NCBI RefSeq assembly: GCF_046119375.1
Contig: NW_027362773.1
Location: 88,164,001-88,228,000 of the forward strand
DNA length: 64,000 nucleotides
Reading direction: 5' to 3'
Source: Phyllobates terribilis
Lineage: Eukaryota
The position numbers and the translations under genes are program-made. The notes below the pieces were generated by a model. The model had not been told where the DNA came from and ran no database searches. It was given only the letters and a program-made list of their open reading frames with translations. Shown piece after piece: positions 23,501 through 33,990 of the stretch (its first letter is position 1; the number at the start of each line of letters is the position of its first letter).

Positions 23501-26500
23501 TGCCTGCACATGAGGAAAGAGACAGAGCGAAACAGAAAAAATATACTACATTTCTAATTGGAGATATTTGCTAATATTACTATTATTACACCTACTACAT
23601 ATTGGGATAGGATCTTGGAGATGGAAATACCCCTTTAAGTATCATCCCAAGCGCCACCTGAGTTGTTATCCCCAAACCTCAAGTATTATGTTCAATAACC
23701 CCTTAAGTTTTATCCCGCAGCGTGAACTCTAACGTCCTTGAACATAAGTTCCTATCACCAGCTTTAATGTCATTCCTAGGGCCACCTGGAAGTTTCATCC
23801 ACAGCATCCAACGAAGCATCTGCTGCAAAGACCCCCCAAAATGTTGGCTCCAAGGACCCCTCTAGTATAAGCATTGTAAAACAAGAATATATTTCACTCT
23901 GTAATGATGGGTGCTCGGATAGGATACCATTTAATATAGTCAATATAACAAGAAATCCGTCTCTCTCGAATGTTTGGAGAAGAATGTGTAACTTTATTAG
24001 AACCGCAATCCGGATTAATGTAACGTTTCCTCTAACAATGAGACCTTCCTCAGACAATTGCTGATCAGATAGTCATACTATGTAATCAGCAATCTGTCTG
24101 AGGAAGATCTCATTGTTAGACGAAACGTTACATTAATCTGGATTGCAGCTCCAATAAAGCTACACATTCTTCTTTGCAAGTTCAAGAGTGCCGGATTTTT
24201 TTTATATTTAGTATAAGTCCTGCTGTACCTGGAGCAAATATGCCCGTCCTCGATTACTCTGCTACTGGCACCAGTGGAAGTACGCAGGCAGGACAATGGC
24301 GCCTCCTAGATCTTGGAAGAAGCTGCAGGAAGTCTGAGGCTTCTGTGCACCTGAGAGTGTTTGATGCACATGGGATTCCCACTTCTACCAAGTTCTGACA
24401 ACTGGCTGATATTTTAACAAATTCCACCCCTAGATATGTGGCATATGTTTCACAAAAATAGATTTCGACAGCTGTGGTCCCTGATTCCTCCTCTCTTCAG
24501 GGTATGTGTGCAATCCCAGCTCAGTCCTACTAGCTTCAATGGACCTGAGCTGTAATACCCAACATGACCAGTGGCTATATGTGGCACTGTATTTTTGGCA
24601 GAAAGTAGGCATTTATTTTAAAATCTTGTACAATACTGTTAACATTATAGATTATAAACCCAGGATTATTAACAATGCCAGTATATAGTAATCTAGCAAA
24701 ACACAGTATCTAGCAAAATACAGTAATTGATGTCCTCCCCACGGAGCACCTGGGTTTGGTCCCGGGAAGAGATTGGGTTCAGCTTCCTAATATTCCTTGT
24801 TTTTTTTTAGATACTTGCAGTTTCTTGTTAACCGGAATCAATGGGTCTTTAGACTTCGAGACGTTCAGTTCATCCTATGAGGATTCTACGAGCTGCGTCT
24901 GGCTTGTAAGGGTCAACAGAAATAAGGTGAGCACTTTTCCATCTACATGATTCTGCAGGTTCGCACGATTACAGCGATACCAAACATGTATACTTAATGT
25001 AAGTGGTGGAAAAAAATTCAGAAATTTCTATAAAAAAAAAAAAAAAAGTTTTGTCTCGCCATTTTCTGAGAATAATAATTTTTTAAAAATTTTTCCCACC
25101 TGTGTGATGACTTGTTTTTTTGTGCCCTGAGTTGACATTTTCTTGATTCACTTATATAGCACCATTAATTCCACAGCGCTTTACAGACATTTGGTGATTT
25201 GTTCGCTTTTTATAGCATTTTTCTATTCCAAACTGTTTATTGATTTCTATTGCATTATTTTAGGGAAGTGCAGCAACTGAAAAAATAAATTTTGATGTTG
25301 TTTTTATGTTTTATTTTTTTTTGCCTTGCCGCTTTAAGTAATTTTATATTTTAATAGATTGGACTTTTAAGGATGCGGCACTAGCAAATCTGTTTTATTT
25401 ATTTATTTTTAAACTCGAATGTCTAGATTTTTATGAAAATCAGGAAGAAAGACCATCCATAGTCAGAAAGATCATCAAGACCAATTACATAAAATCTAAT
25501 TATAATAGCAGACCATGTTTTGTGCTTGCACACCGAGCCATTATTGCTTTCCTGAATTGTGCTCTTTACAGTACAGCGTTTTGTATTGTGGTATTTTCCA
25601 GGCTTTCTTGCAGTTTGACCAGTTTGATGTCCCCTCCTCTGGTGAATGTGCCGCATATTACATTACGGTATACGATGGGCAGAGCAAGACGTCCCCTGTG
25701 CTGCTGGACCGAGCGTGCGGTGCCCAGGAGCTCCCCCTATTGGTGGCGTCCGAGAACTCCCTGCTGGTGGAGTTCGTTTATGAGGTTCCTCATGCAGCCA
25801 TTGACTTGAAGGCTTCCTATGGTTTAGGTATGTGAAGTGGAGAGGTGCANNNNNNNNNNNNNNNNNNNNNNNNNNNNNNNNNNNNNNNNNNNNNNNNNNN
25901 NNNNNNNNNNNNNNNNNNNNNNNNNNNNNNNNNNNNNNNNNNNNNNNNNNNNNNNNNNNNNNNNNNNNNNNNNNNNNNNNNNNNNNNNNNNNNNNNNNNN
26001 NNNNNNNNTTTATTCCTCATATTCCCTGTTTTTCTCAGTTTGTCAATCAGTGTATCCCCAGTCCCGTACCCCCTATATCACCCCAGCCACCATTATAATT
26101 TCTATTACTTCCCATAGTGGTCTGTGGCGGCACCTACACTACCGATAATGGCATTGTCACATCTCCCTGCTATCCAGATCCCTATCCGAACTTGTCAGAT
26201 TGTATCACGACAATATGGGCTCCTGAGGGCTATCAGGTAACACGTATAACTATAATATATTCTCTGTTTCACCAATCCCCTATCTCCACCCATGACCATA
26301 ATGAAACTGGTCATTTCTGGTTTTGTTGAGCCAATGTGTGGAGACTATCTGCTATGATGTCTCCCTTACACAGCACACACAGACATGAGGGATTCCTGCT
26401 CTCCTGTCCCTTATGTAGCACATTATCAGCATGGAGGACATTATACAGCAGCACTGAGCAGTGTAGCTGTGAATTCAGCTGTGGGGGTAATATAGGACAC

Positions 26501-28086
26501 TTACTACAAAGAAGTAGCAGAGTTTATGTATCATCTTCTTGCTCTGCCTTCCCCATCCATAGACTTCAATAGGCAGCTGTAATCTGACCCCTCAGTGAGC
26601 TGGCAATCCCTCTTGTCTTAAGTAAGTCAGGTCTTAGCTGTTATTCACAAACTCCATTGTGTTGCTCCCCTGTTAGCAATAACACAATATAATGCAGTAG
26701 TATATCAGTAATACCCACTAGTAATAGCTAATGTTACTGTCACCTTCTAACAGATTGTTCTGAATTTTACAACTTTCGAAGTGGAGTATTCCAGCTCCTG
26801 CCTCTACGATTACCTTATCATCAATGATGGCGGCAGAACGGATTCGTCATTGCTGGGCAGATTCTGCTGGAATACACCCATTCCTACCATTACCTCCACT
26901 GGGAACGTTCTCCTGTTACAGTTCCGCAGTGACAACTGGTTCAACATGGCCGGCTACAGCGCTAACTATTATTTTGGTAAGAAGTTGCAGAGTGTTCATG
27001 TAGGTTTGGAATATTTTTTTCCATGGATTATGATTATGGTAAATTTTGCAACTTATTTGCTATTCTATTTTATTTATTTATTTTTTTCATTTATCTAATT
27101 ATTATTATTTTTTTTTTACTTTAAATTATATTAGAATTTTTTTTTTACATTACTTATTAATTATTATATACCCCAAAGGAAATGGTTACGGTCTGATGAT
27201 TTTGTTAGTATTTCGTACTGAGAAACTCAGCTAAACTCAAGACTCGATTCCTAATTTCTGGGGGTGGGCTATCTTTAAAGGGCTTTATGATTGATGGCCT
27301 ATCCTTAGGAACAGCTGATCGGGTGCCAGGTGTTGAACCCCCACCGATCAGACATTGATGACTTATCCTAAGAATGTCTATGTTAAATGTTAACATATAT
27401 AAGTGTTAAAGTCCCGGACAACTCCTGTATTAAGTGAGAAAGTGCAAAAACAATCTGTGCAATATATGACGGTCCAATAATAAATAATATAATAATAAAT
27501 TAATATATAAATATTACCAAAGTAAATACTACAAAAAATAAAAACCAAGGAATAAGGTGATATGAAGTGGACCCATTCGTATTGTCACATTTGTAAACAA
27601 TATTAACTATTATTCTGTGTGTGACTCGTTCTACATAGTTACCTTTTTCTTTTTCCTGTGTCATTATATGTTGCGACATTTTAGTCTCATGCAACTCTTA
27701 ACATTTGTGCAAAACTTTCTGCCATTCAAAACAAAACAATCACTCCAGTTTAAAGACCGGAGTAAATTTGCTCAAAAATGTTGCACCTTTTTTTGTAAAA
27801 AAAAAAAAAAAAAAAGTAATAATTGATGAATCATCTGAAAAACAAAAACCCCGTCCACAATGGTGCACATAAAAAAAACGAGAATGGGTTAAATAGACGT
27901 AAAAAAGTCGCAGATTAAAAGAAAAATTTGGAAAAAAATATCAAAAACTAGCCAAAAAAACAGGTGCAATTGCAATAATGAATTGGGGCCTGAATCTTCA
28001 CTTTTGTAGTTTTATCACTTTGTGGAAGTTTTTTTTGCGATCCTTTCTATTGTTTAATTTTCTGTTTTTCAGTGCCGTCTCCATAG
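8520..28086 (+). CDS. Astacin-family zinc metalloendopeptidase with signal peptide, propeptide, six-Cys protease domain and two CUB domains (hatching enzyme / embryonic protein UVS.2-like), 497 aa
   Basis: Exons: 8520-8576 (signal MRSPVLICLLLLPFTDALP), 9450-9474, 10375-10446 (DVFSQILRSNK), 10526-10660 (LYHGDIV..CPYCLW), 10956-11073 (TCIRF), 16401-16579 (CWS..HEIKHALGFYHEQSRSDR), 16938-17019 (YDYASVMHYG Met-turn), 20590-20717 (IGQRYGLS..LYNC), 24811-24926 plus 25602-25827 (CUB1), 26118-26236 plus 26754-26976 (CUB2), 28073-28086 (VPSP*). They total 1494 nt in frame with all GT-AG introns. AATAAA at 28186-28191. Confidence 0.93.
9505..9696. mobile_element. Harbinger-type palindromic MITE
   Basis: GGCCATGGC..CCACTATCAGTATT / AATACTGATAGTGG..GTGGCC with a TTA TSD on both sides. 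Confidence 0.75.
9770..9990. repeat. Degenerate ~30-bp C-rich minisatellite
   Basis: Repeating CCCC(A/G)GTGTATAACAT units. Confidence 0.55.
12443..14325. repeat. 35/36-bp tandem satellite
   Basis: Unit TATGTACAAGAATATAACTACTATAATACTGCCCC, ~50 copies. Confidence 0.97.
15099..15625. repeat. 35/36-bp tandem satellite, second array
   Basis: Same unit as 12443-14325. Confidence 0.95.
15925..16160 (-). mobile_element. Penelope-like retroelement 3'-end fragment with a degenerate hammerhead-like motif
   Basis: The minus strand reads TGC-CTGGAGA-AG-GAGC(ctctgt)GCTC-TCAAA-GCTG-CA and then GTTAGCCAATAAAGGTATCAC (polyA signal at 15952-15957). This resembles vertebrate Penelope termini. Confidence 0.5.
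17186..20453 (+). repeat. ~76-96-bp tandem satellite (intron 7), interrupted by a solo LTR and a fold-back inversion
   Basis: Unit CTGCACTCACTATTCTGCTGGTGCAGTCACTGTGTACATACATTACATTACTGATCCTGAGTTACATCCTGTATTATACTCCAGAG; length varies by gain or loss of 5-bp and 10-bp modules. Confidence 0.97.
18291..19283 (-). mobile_element. Solo LTR (Gypsy/ERV-type, 993 bp)
   Basis: TG...CA termini (TGACGCGCCCC / GGGGTGTCACA); 4-bp TSD CATA at 18287-18290 and 19284-19287. On the minus strand, TATATAA lies near 19144-19150 and AGTAAA near 18630. Homologous to 46880-48183. Confidence 0.8.
20991..22942. repeat. 22-bp minisatellite with higher-order structure
   Basis: Unit CTGATCATAGACAGGCGCTGGG, ~88 copies. 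Confidence 0.97.
23266..23634. mobile_element. TTAA-type (T2/Kolobok-like) MITE, near-perfect hairpin
   Basis: TTAA on both sides; ~170-bp inverted arms (AGGGGTAATTCCCATCTCCAAGATCC.. / ..GGATCTTGGAGATGGAAATACCCCT) around a ~30-nt spacer. Confidence 0.85.
23978..24173. mobile_element. Inverted pair of Penelope-like terminal fragments, each with a hammerhead-like core and AATAAA
   Basis: ~85-bp inverted arms. The right arm reads TGT-CTGAGGA-AG-ATCT(cattgtt)AGAC-GAAA-CGTT-ACA...AATAAAG. Confidence 0.6.
25850..26008. other. Assembly gap (N run) in astacin intron 10
   Basis: 159 N. Confidence 1.
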
Positions 28087-28930
28087 GGTTACACACATTT
28101 CGAGGGAAGTCTGCCGGTTGTCACCTTTGTGGATGAAATTTGATGCTTTTTCCAAATCTTCAGGAATTTAGTGATTCTAAACTGCAATAAAATGCATTTC
28201 GGTGTCAATGTCTGATATTAATGTGTCAGTTCTGTGTCAGCCGAGAGAGAATTTAGGAATAAACACTCAATATGTAATATATCGTAGGTTGTGAGCACTT
28301 GCTTATGGCATATTAGCTCTAGAAGTCATGTCAGTTCTCACTAACTAAATCCAGTTTAGACCTATAGTTTTAGGCTTCTGCCCCTCCCTTATACTTTACA
28401 CTCCTGCTCTGCTTGTTGAGAAGTTCTACCTGTCAGAGCCATTGACTTTATAGTCAGATTTTTTTTTTCTGCATCATGTAATGGTCTCATAATCATCTAT
28501 TCCGTAACATCAAAATGGACTAACGGTGGGATCGTCATTCACAAAGAAGACCACCCATCATCGTTATCTGAATTAAATGGGTAGATCAGATATCTTACCT
28601 TCCCATAACTCTCAAGTCCCTGTTCCAAAGACTCGTAATATTTCTAGATAATTAAAAAAAAAATCAAGAATCGTGTAATGCAATAAAGTCTAAACTGGTA
28701 TGGAAAACAATTATGTTGAAAAAAATCAATGTTTAAAATTTATTAAGTTATAAATATAAACCGTAGCATTACACTATACAGGCACTAAGCACTTGCAGTG
28801 GAGTAGACCGCATAGTAGTTGATCCATACATACGTTGCAGTACCACCCATGACCACCAGGTAGCACAACAACCTCCTGTAAATGATCAGTATATAGCACA
28901 GTATAGAAATGTATGAGATATACTATAGGA

Positions 28931-29116
28931 CAGTGTTCCCCAATTCCAGTCCTCAAGGCCCACCAACAGGTCAAGTTTTCAGGATTTCCTTCGTATTGCA
29001 CAGGTGATAATTACATCACCTGCACAGGCAATAATCCCATCACCTGAGTAATACTAAGGAAATCCTAAAAATATGACCTGTTGGTGGGCCGTGAGGACCG
29101 GAGTTGGGGAACATTG
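28931..29116. mobile_element. hAT-type palindromic MITE (186 bp)
   Basis: TIR CAGTGTTCCCCA / TGGGGAACATTG; perfect 8-bp TSD CTATAGGA. Confidence 0.88.
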
Positions 29117-29204
29117 CTATAGGAAATACATATTGTACAACACGACCATTATGTATCTGACAGCAGTTACTGACCTCTATAGTAATAGGAAATCAGGCAA
29201 ATAT

Positions 29205-29410
29205 ATGACCTCCATCCTGGTATATATGACCTCCATCCTGGGCCCATCCTGGTATATATATTCCCCATGCTGGGCCTATCATGGTATATATGTTTCCCAT
29301 TCTAGTGTATATGTTCCCCATCCTGGTATATATGTCCCTTATCCTGGGCCCCATCCTGGTATATATATCCCCGATCCTGGTATATATGTTCCCCATCCTG
29401 GGCCCATCAT
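29205..29410. repeat. C-rich minisatellite (CCCCATCCTGGTATATAT)
   Basis: Degenerate tandem units, probably internal to a non-autonomous DNA element. Confidence 0.6.
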
Positions 29411-29749
29411 GATATACAGTTTGTCCCCCATTCTGCCGATGTTCTTTAATGCATAGAAAAAAAAAAGATTATACTCACCTTCCCTCCGCTCCCCCTTGTG
29501 CGGCGTCCTCTACTGAAGTCAGCAGCTCACGTCAGCGTGTAAGCGTCGGGAGCGCATACCATCACTGCCATACACCCCAAGTCATGTGCACGTAGATGTC
29601 CGCTGCTGGCTTTATATTCGCTGTCTGCGTGTATTGCAGCGGGTCTCTGCGCCGCAATACACTTCAGCTGAATGTGTGTCCGAGGACTTCTAGTTGAAGT
29701 TTGCACTGGTGTCGGCAAGCCCCTCACCCGCGACATCTGCACCCGATTG

Positions 29750-29850
29750 TAGGCATTATCAAGCCACCATTATGCTTCACTATAGGCAGGGTGTTCTTTT
29801 CAGCAGATGCTCCATTTTTCCTCCTCCGGACATACAATACGATAAGTCAT
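29750..29850 (-). mobile_element. Small Tc1-like transposase fragment
   Basis: The minus strand translates to EKNTLPIVKHNGGLIM, resembling the Tc1 motif KNTxPTVKHGGGSIM. Confidence 0.4.
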
Positions 29851-32800
29851 TAAAACCTGATCGCCTATTATAGTCAAGTGACAGTTCCCGTCATGACGGC
29901 CATATTGGTTGTTATCATTTTTAACTTCTTGACAGAAGACGATGAGAAGATGGACCAGAACTGCATCTTAAAGCTTGTGGGTCCCAACGCAAGATCAATC
30001 CCAGGGCCCCCACTTGCCAGGTGCCATTTTTAATACTGAGGCCTTTTATTGTGGCAGATGGGTCCCGTCACAGGAACAGGGGCTACTACCACCCCTTCGC
30101 CCCTACAGCTACACTCCTGATTGGGACATCGCATTCTTGTGCTTTAATTGACTGGTCTTTCCTTAAGATGTCGGTAAAGATCTGGCGCCAGGTTCACTTG
30201 ACACCACACATTCCAGCAGACAAGTGACGGCCATGCTGAATGACACATCTGCTGCTCTCCATATATTTCCAATTTAGTCCTGTATACAAGCAAGTGTGGT
30301 TACCATGGTGACCGCAGCTGGAGCGGCCTCTGCTAGGCCTCAGGCCCTCCACTAGGCCTCAGGCGTCTCGGCTATTTGTTCTCCCATTGTCTCCATGTTG
30401 TCTTTTACTACCAGGTTACTCAGAGACTGGAGATACATGCGAGTATCACGTCTGCGGGGCACGGGCCTTTGTCTGACGTTTACTTAATTAATTAGGTGTT
30501 CAGTGTTTGAGCGGCACATGTGCTGGAGACAGATAAATGGGCATAAAATATGGCTGCAGGATAAGCGGACAATGGTTGTTTGTTCTTTCCTGCTGGGAGA
30601 CGACCTGGGTTTATCTAAAAGAGAAGAAATGGAGTCGTGCGGTGGAAACCCCACAATCCTCCATCTTGTTTTTTCTGTCTTCTATATATGATCAGTGGGC
30701 ATCAGACCTCAGGGACCCCACAGATTCTGAGGATTAAGCGGACTAGCTGCATGCTCAGTGCTCCTTCCTCTTCATTTTTTTCTTTCCTTCACAGCGGTGC
30801 AGCTGTCCTGTCATTCCCCTGCACAGCAGATGGCGGCGCCACTGCACAGGATTGTAAAATGATGGCATATCCATCTCCATTATTAACCCCTGCGCTTGAC
30901 ACCAGCTGACATTATACAGCTGACATCAACCCCATAAACCATTTCTCCGATTGGCACCATGCATCTGATGTGATGCGCCACTTTGGCAGCGGCTGGAGGC
31001 TTATAATTTTAGTCTGGCAAGGACCCAATAACCAGGGACCTTCCCAGCCTAATAATATAAGCCCACAGCTGTCTGCTTTACCTTGACTGGTTTATCAAAA
31101 ATAGGGGGAAAACGTCATTTTTTTTTAAAAATTATTTATTTAATAGGTTTAATAAGGCTAAACACCCTTTAGTGCCGCATGAAAGGCACTAAAGGGTGCA
31201 CATTTATTATATGTAGGGGGACTGTGACATTAAATATCTACAGGACATCTACCTATCTAGCTATTCTATTAGGACGATTCGGGCTGTGAATTTACTGTAC
31301 TCGGCTGATGAAATGTCGGGTTTCCTTTTGAGATGTGTGCTTAAAAATCAGGTGGCACTCGCATTGTCTGTGTGCCGTGCGATTTTTGTCTCGCACCCAT
31401 TGACTTGCATTGGCGAGTACGATCTGATTCTCGCATCCAATCACATCATGCTGCGATTTTTTTTTTCCTCAGTCCGATCCCAGCTGAGTAAAAACTCACA
31501 GATGAGCACGGACTCATTTACTAACATTGGATGTTTTCTCGCATTGCACTCCTCCATACTATACGCCAGTGTGAGCGAGCCCTTAAATGTAATTTCCATT
31601 ATTACATCCTTTATTCTACAGGCTTGGGGACGTCCTGACTACAATGCACGTTACTGCTGCAGATGCGGCCTCTAAGCCCAGTGATTGGCTGCAGCGGTCA
31701 TGCGCGGTGTAGTGGAGATATCACCAATGCAGCTTTCTCATTACGCCATTTACCGATCGGATTTATTAATTTTATATTTTGATAGATCGGACTTTTACTA
31801 ACGCAGCGATACCAAATATGTGTATTTGCGAGCATGCATCAAAGTCAGGGAGCTGGCATATGACATAGCGGTACGTCATATGTCGGTAAGGAGTTAAATG
31901 GGTCTCTAGCCTAAAGTTTTTCTAGAGACAGCAAATTGGTAACCTGGTAATTTTATTGGTACTATACTAAATCTGACCACTAGATGGAGACAAATATCTT
32001 CCTAGTATTTATTATTATTACTATTATTATTATTATTAAATTTATGATGAGCAATCAATCATGTAGATAAGTGGATCCGAACCTATCTAACCATAAGGAA
32101 AAGTACAGTACTTAAAAAAGGTTTACAGTAATTATCCAGGCTTATGATAAAGATTAATCAATATCAGTTCCATGGGGGTCAAATACCTAGCACCCTCACC
32201 AATCAGCTGTTTCCAGTTCCAGCAATGACTGGGTACTTGGGTACTGTAGTTCAGCTCCTATTGAAGTGATCAGAGCTCCAGTACAAGAGAACGGCCATTA
32301 CACCGTGCAGAGAGCTGTGTCGTTCTAGCTCCATTCACAGAGCTGAAAGCATCCGATTGGTGTTGCTGCCGGATGTCAGACGATAATTACAAGTGTTTTG
32401 CAGTTATCTATAATCAGTAGTAGTAGCAAGTAAAGGAAATATTCTCTGCAAGCGCAAACTTCCTGATGAGCTTGTGCTTATACACTAAAGCCAATCTGTA
32501 GTAGCTGAGCTGCAGTGTAAAGCATGGGGAATAAACAAAGCTGCAGTAAGCTTGGCCTCTGATGTGACAGGAGGTAGGTTTCAGACTTCCTACAACATAA
32601 AAAAATCAATGCAGCTGGATAGAGGGAACCTGCCGGTAGATAGATGCTTCCCATACCATAGGTATCAGACACTGGCAATGATTTCAACGATGTATGTTTG
32701 TCTCAGAGAGAAACATACTTATAATGTCACCGGAGACTGAGCCGCATGGTTGATTAGTGACAAAAGGCTGCTCCCCTTCAGTGATGGGTCTCTGCCTGCA

Positions 32801-32919
32801 TGTGTGTATAGGGAGAGACAGAGGAGTAACTAATGTCCAACGGGCCCTGGTGTTTTATACATCCTATAAAGACATGCATGTTCGCCTCCATGTAATAATG
32901 TTCCTTGTCCTGGTTCCTT

Positions 32920-33990
32920 CCTGCGATAATCTCCCTATCGTGGCCCCTTCCAGTAATAATGTCTCCCATCCTAGGCTCTTCCAGTGATAATGCCCCCCAT
33001 CCTGGGCCCCATGTTCTAACAATGTCCCCTTCCTGATATAATGTCTCCCATCATGGGCCCCTTCCTGATATAATGTTCCTTATTATGTAATAATGTCCCC
33101 CATTCTGGTCCCTTTAGTTAATAATGTCCCCCATTCTGAGCCCCATGCTATAACAATGTCCCCTTCCTAATATAATGTCTCCCATCATGGGTTCCTTCCC
33201 CTTCCTGGTATAATGTTCCTCACTATGTAATAATGTCCCCTGTTCTGGGTCCTTTAGTTAATAATGTCCCCCATCCTGGGCCCCTTCCAGTGATAATGTC
33301 CCCCATTCTGGGCCCTTCCAGTAATAATGCCCCCCATCCTATGACAATGTCCCCCCATCCGGGTCTCTTCCTGGTATAATGGCCCCAATCCTGGGCCCCA
33401 TCCTGGTATAAATCTCCCCATCCTGTGTTCCTTCCTGGTATATTGGCCCCCATCCTGGGCCCCTTCTTGGTATAATGCCCCCTATCCTGGGTTCCTTCTT
33501 GGTATAATGCACCCCATCCTGGGTTCCTTCTTGGTATAATGCCCCCTATCCTGGGTTCCTTCTTGGTATAATGCCCCCTATCCTGGGTTCCTTCTTGGTA
33601 TAATGCACCCCATCCTGGGTTCCTTCCTGGTATAATGCGCCCCATCCTGGTTCCTTCCTGGTATAATGGCCCCATCCTGGGCCTCTTTCTGGTATAATGA
33701 ACCCCATCCTGAGTTCCTTCCTGGTATAATGCACCCCATCCTGGATTCCTTCCTGGTATAATGCACACCATCTTGGGTTCCTTCCTGGTATAATGGCCCC
33801 ATCCTGGGCCTCTTCCTGGTATAATGAACCCCATCCTGAGTTCCTTCCTGGTATAATGCACCCCATCCTGGATTCCTTCCTGGTATAATGCACACCATCT
33901 TGGGTTCCTTCCTGGTATAATGGCCGCCATCCTGGGCCTCTTCTTGGTATAATGCCCACTATCCTGGGTTCCCTCCTGGTATAATGCACC
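32920..33990. repeat. ~30-33-bp minisatellite
   Basis: Unit CCCCATCCTGGGTTCCTTCCTGGTATAATG(CA). It explains the long repetitive minus-strand ORFs here. Confidence 0.9.

Noticed and set aside
28598-28880. Exon-like minus-strand segments (KYYESLEQGLESYGK; RLLCYLVVMGGTATYVWINYY)
   Set aside because: No recognisable homology and no consistent multi-exon model; RNA-seq would be needed.
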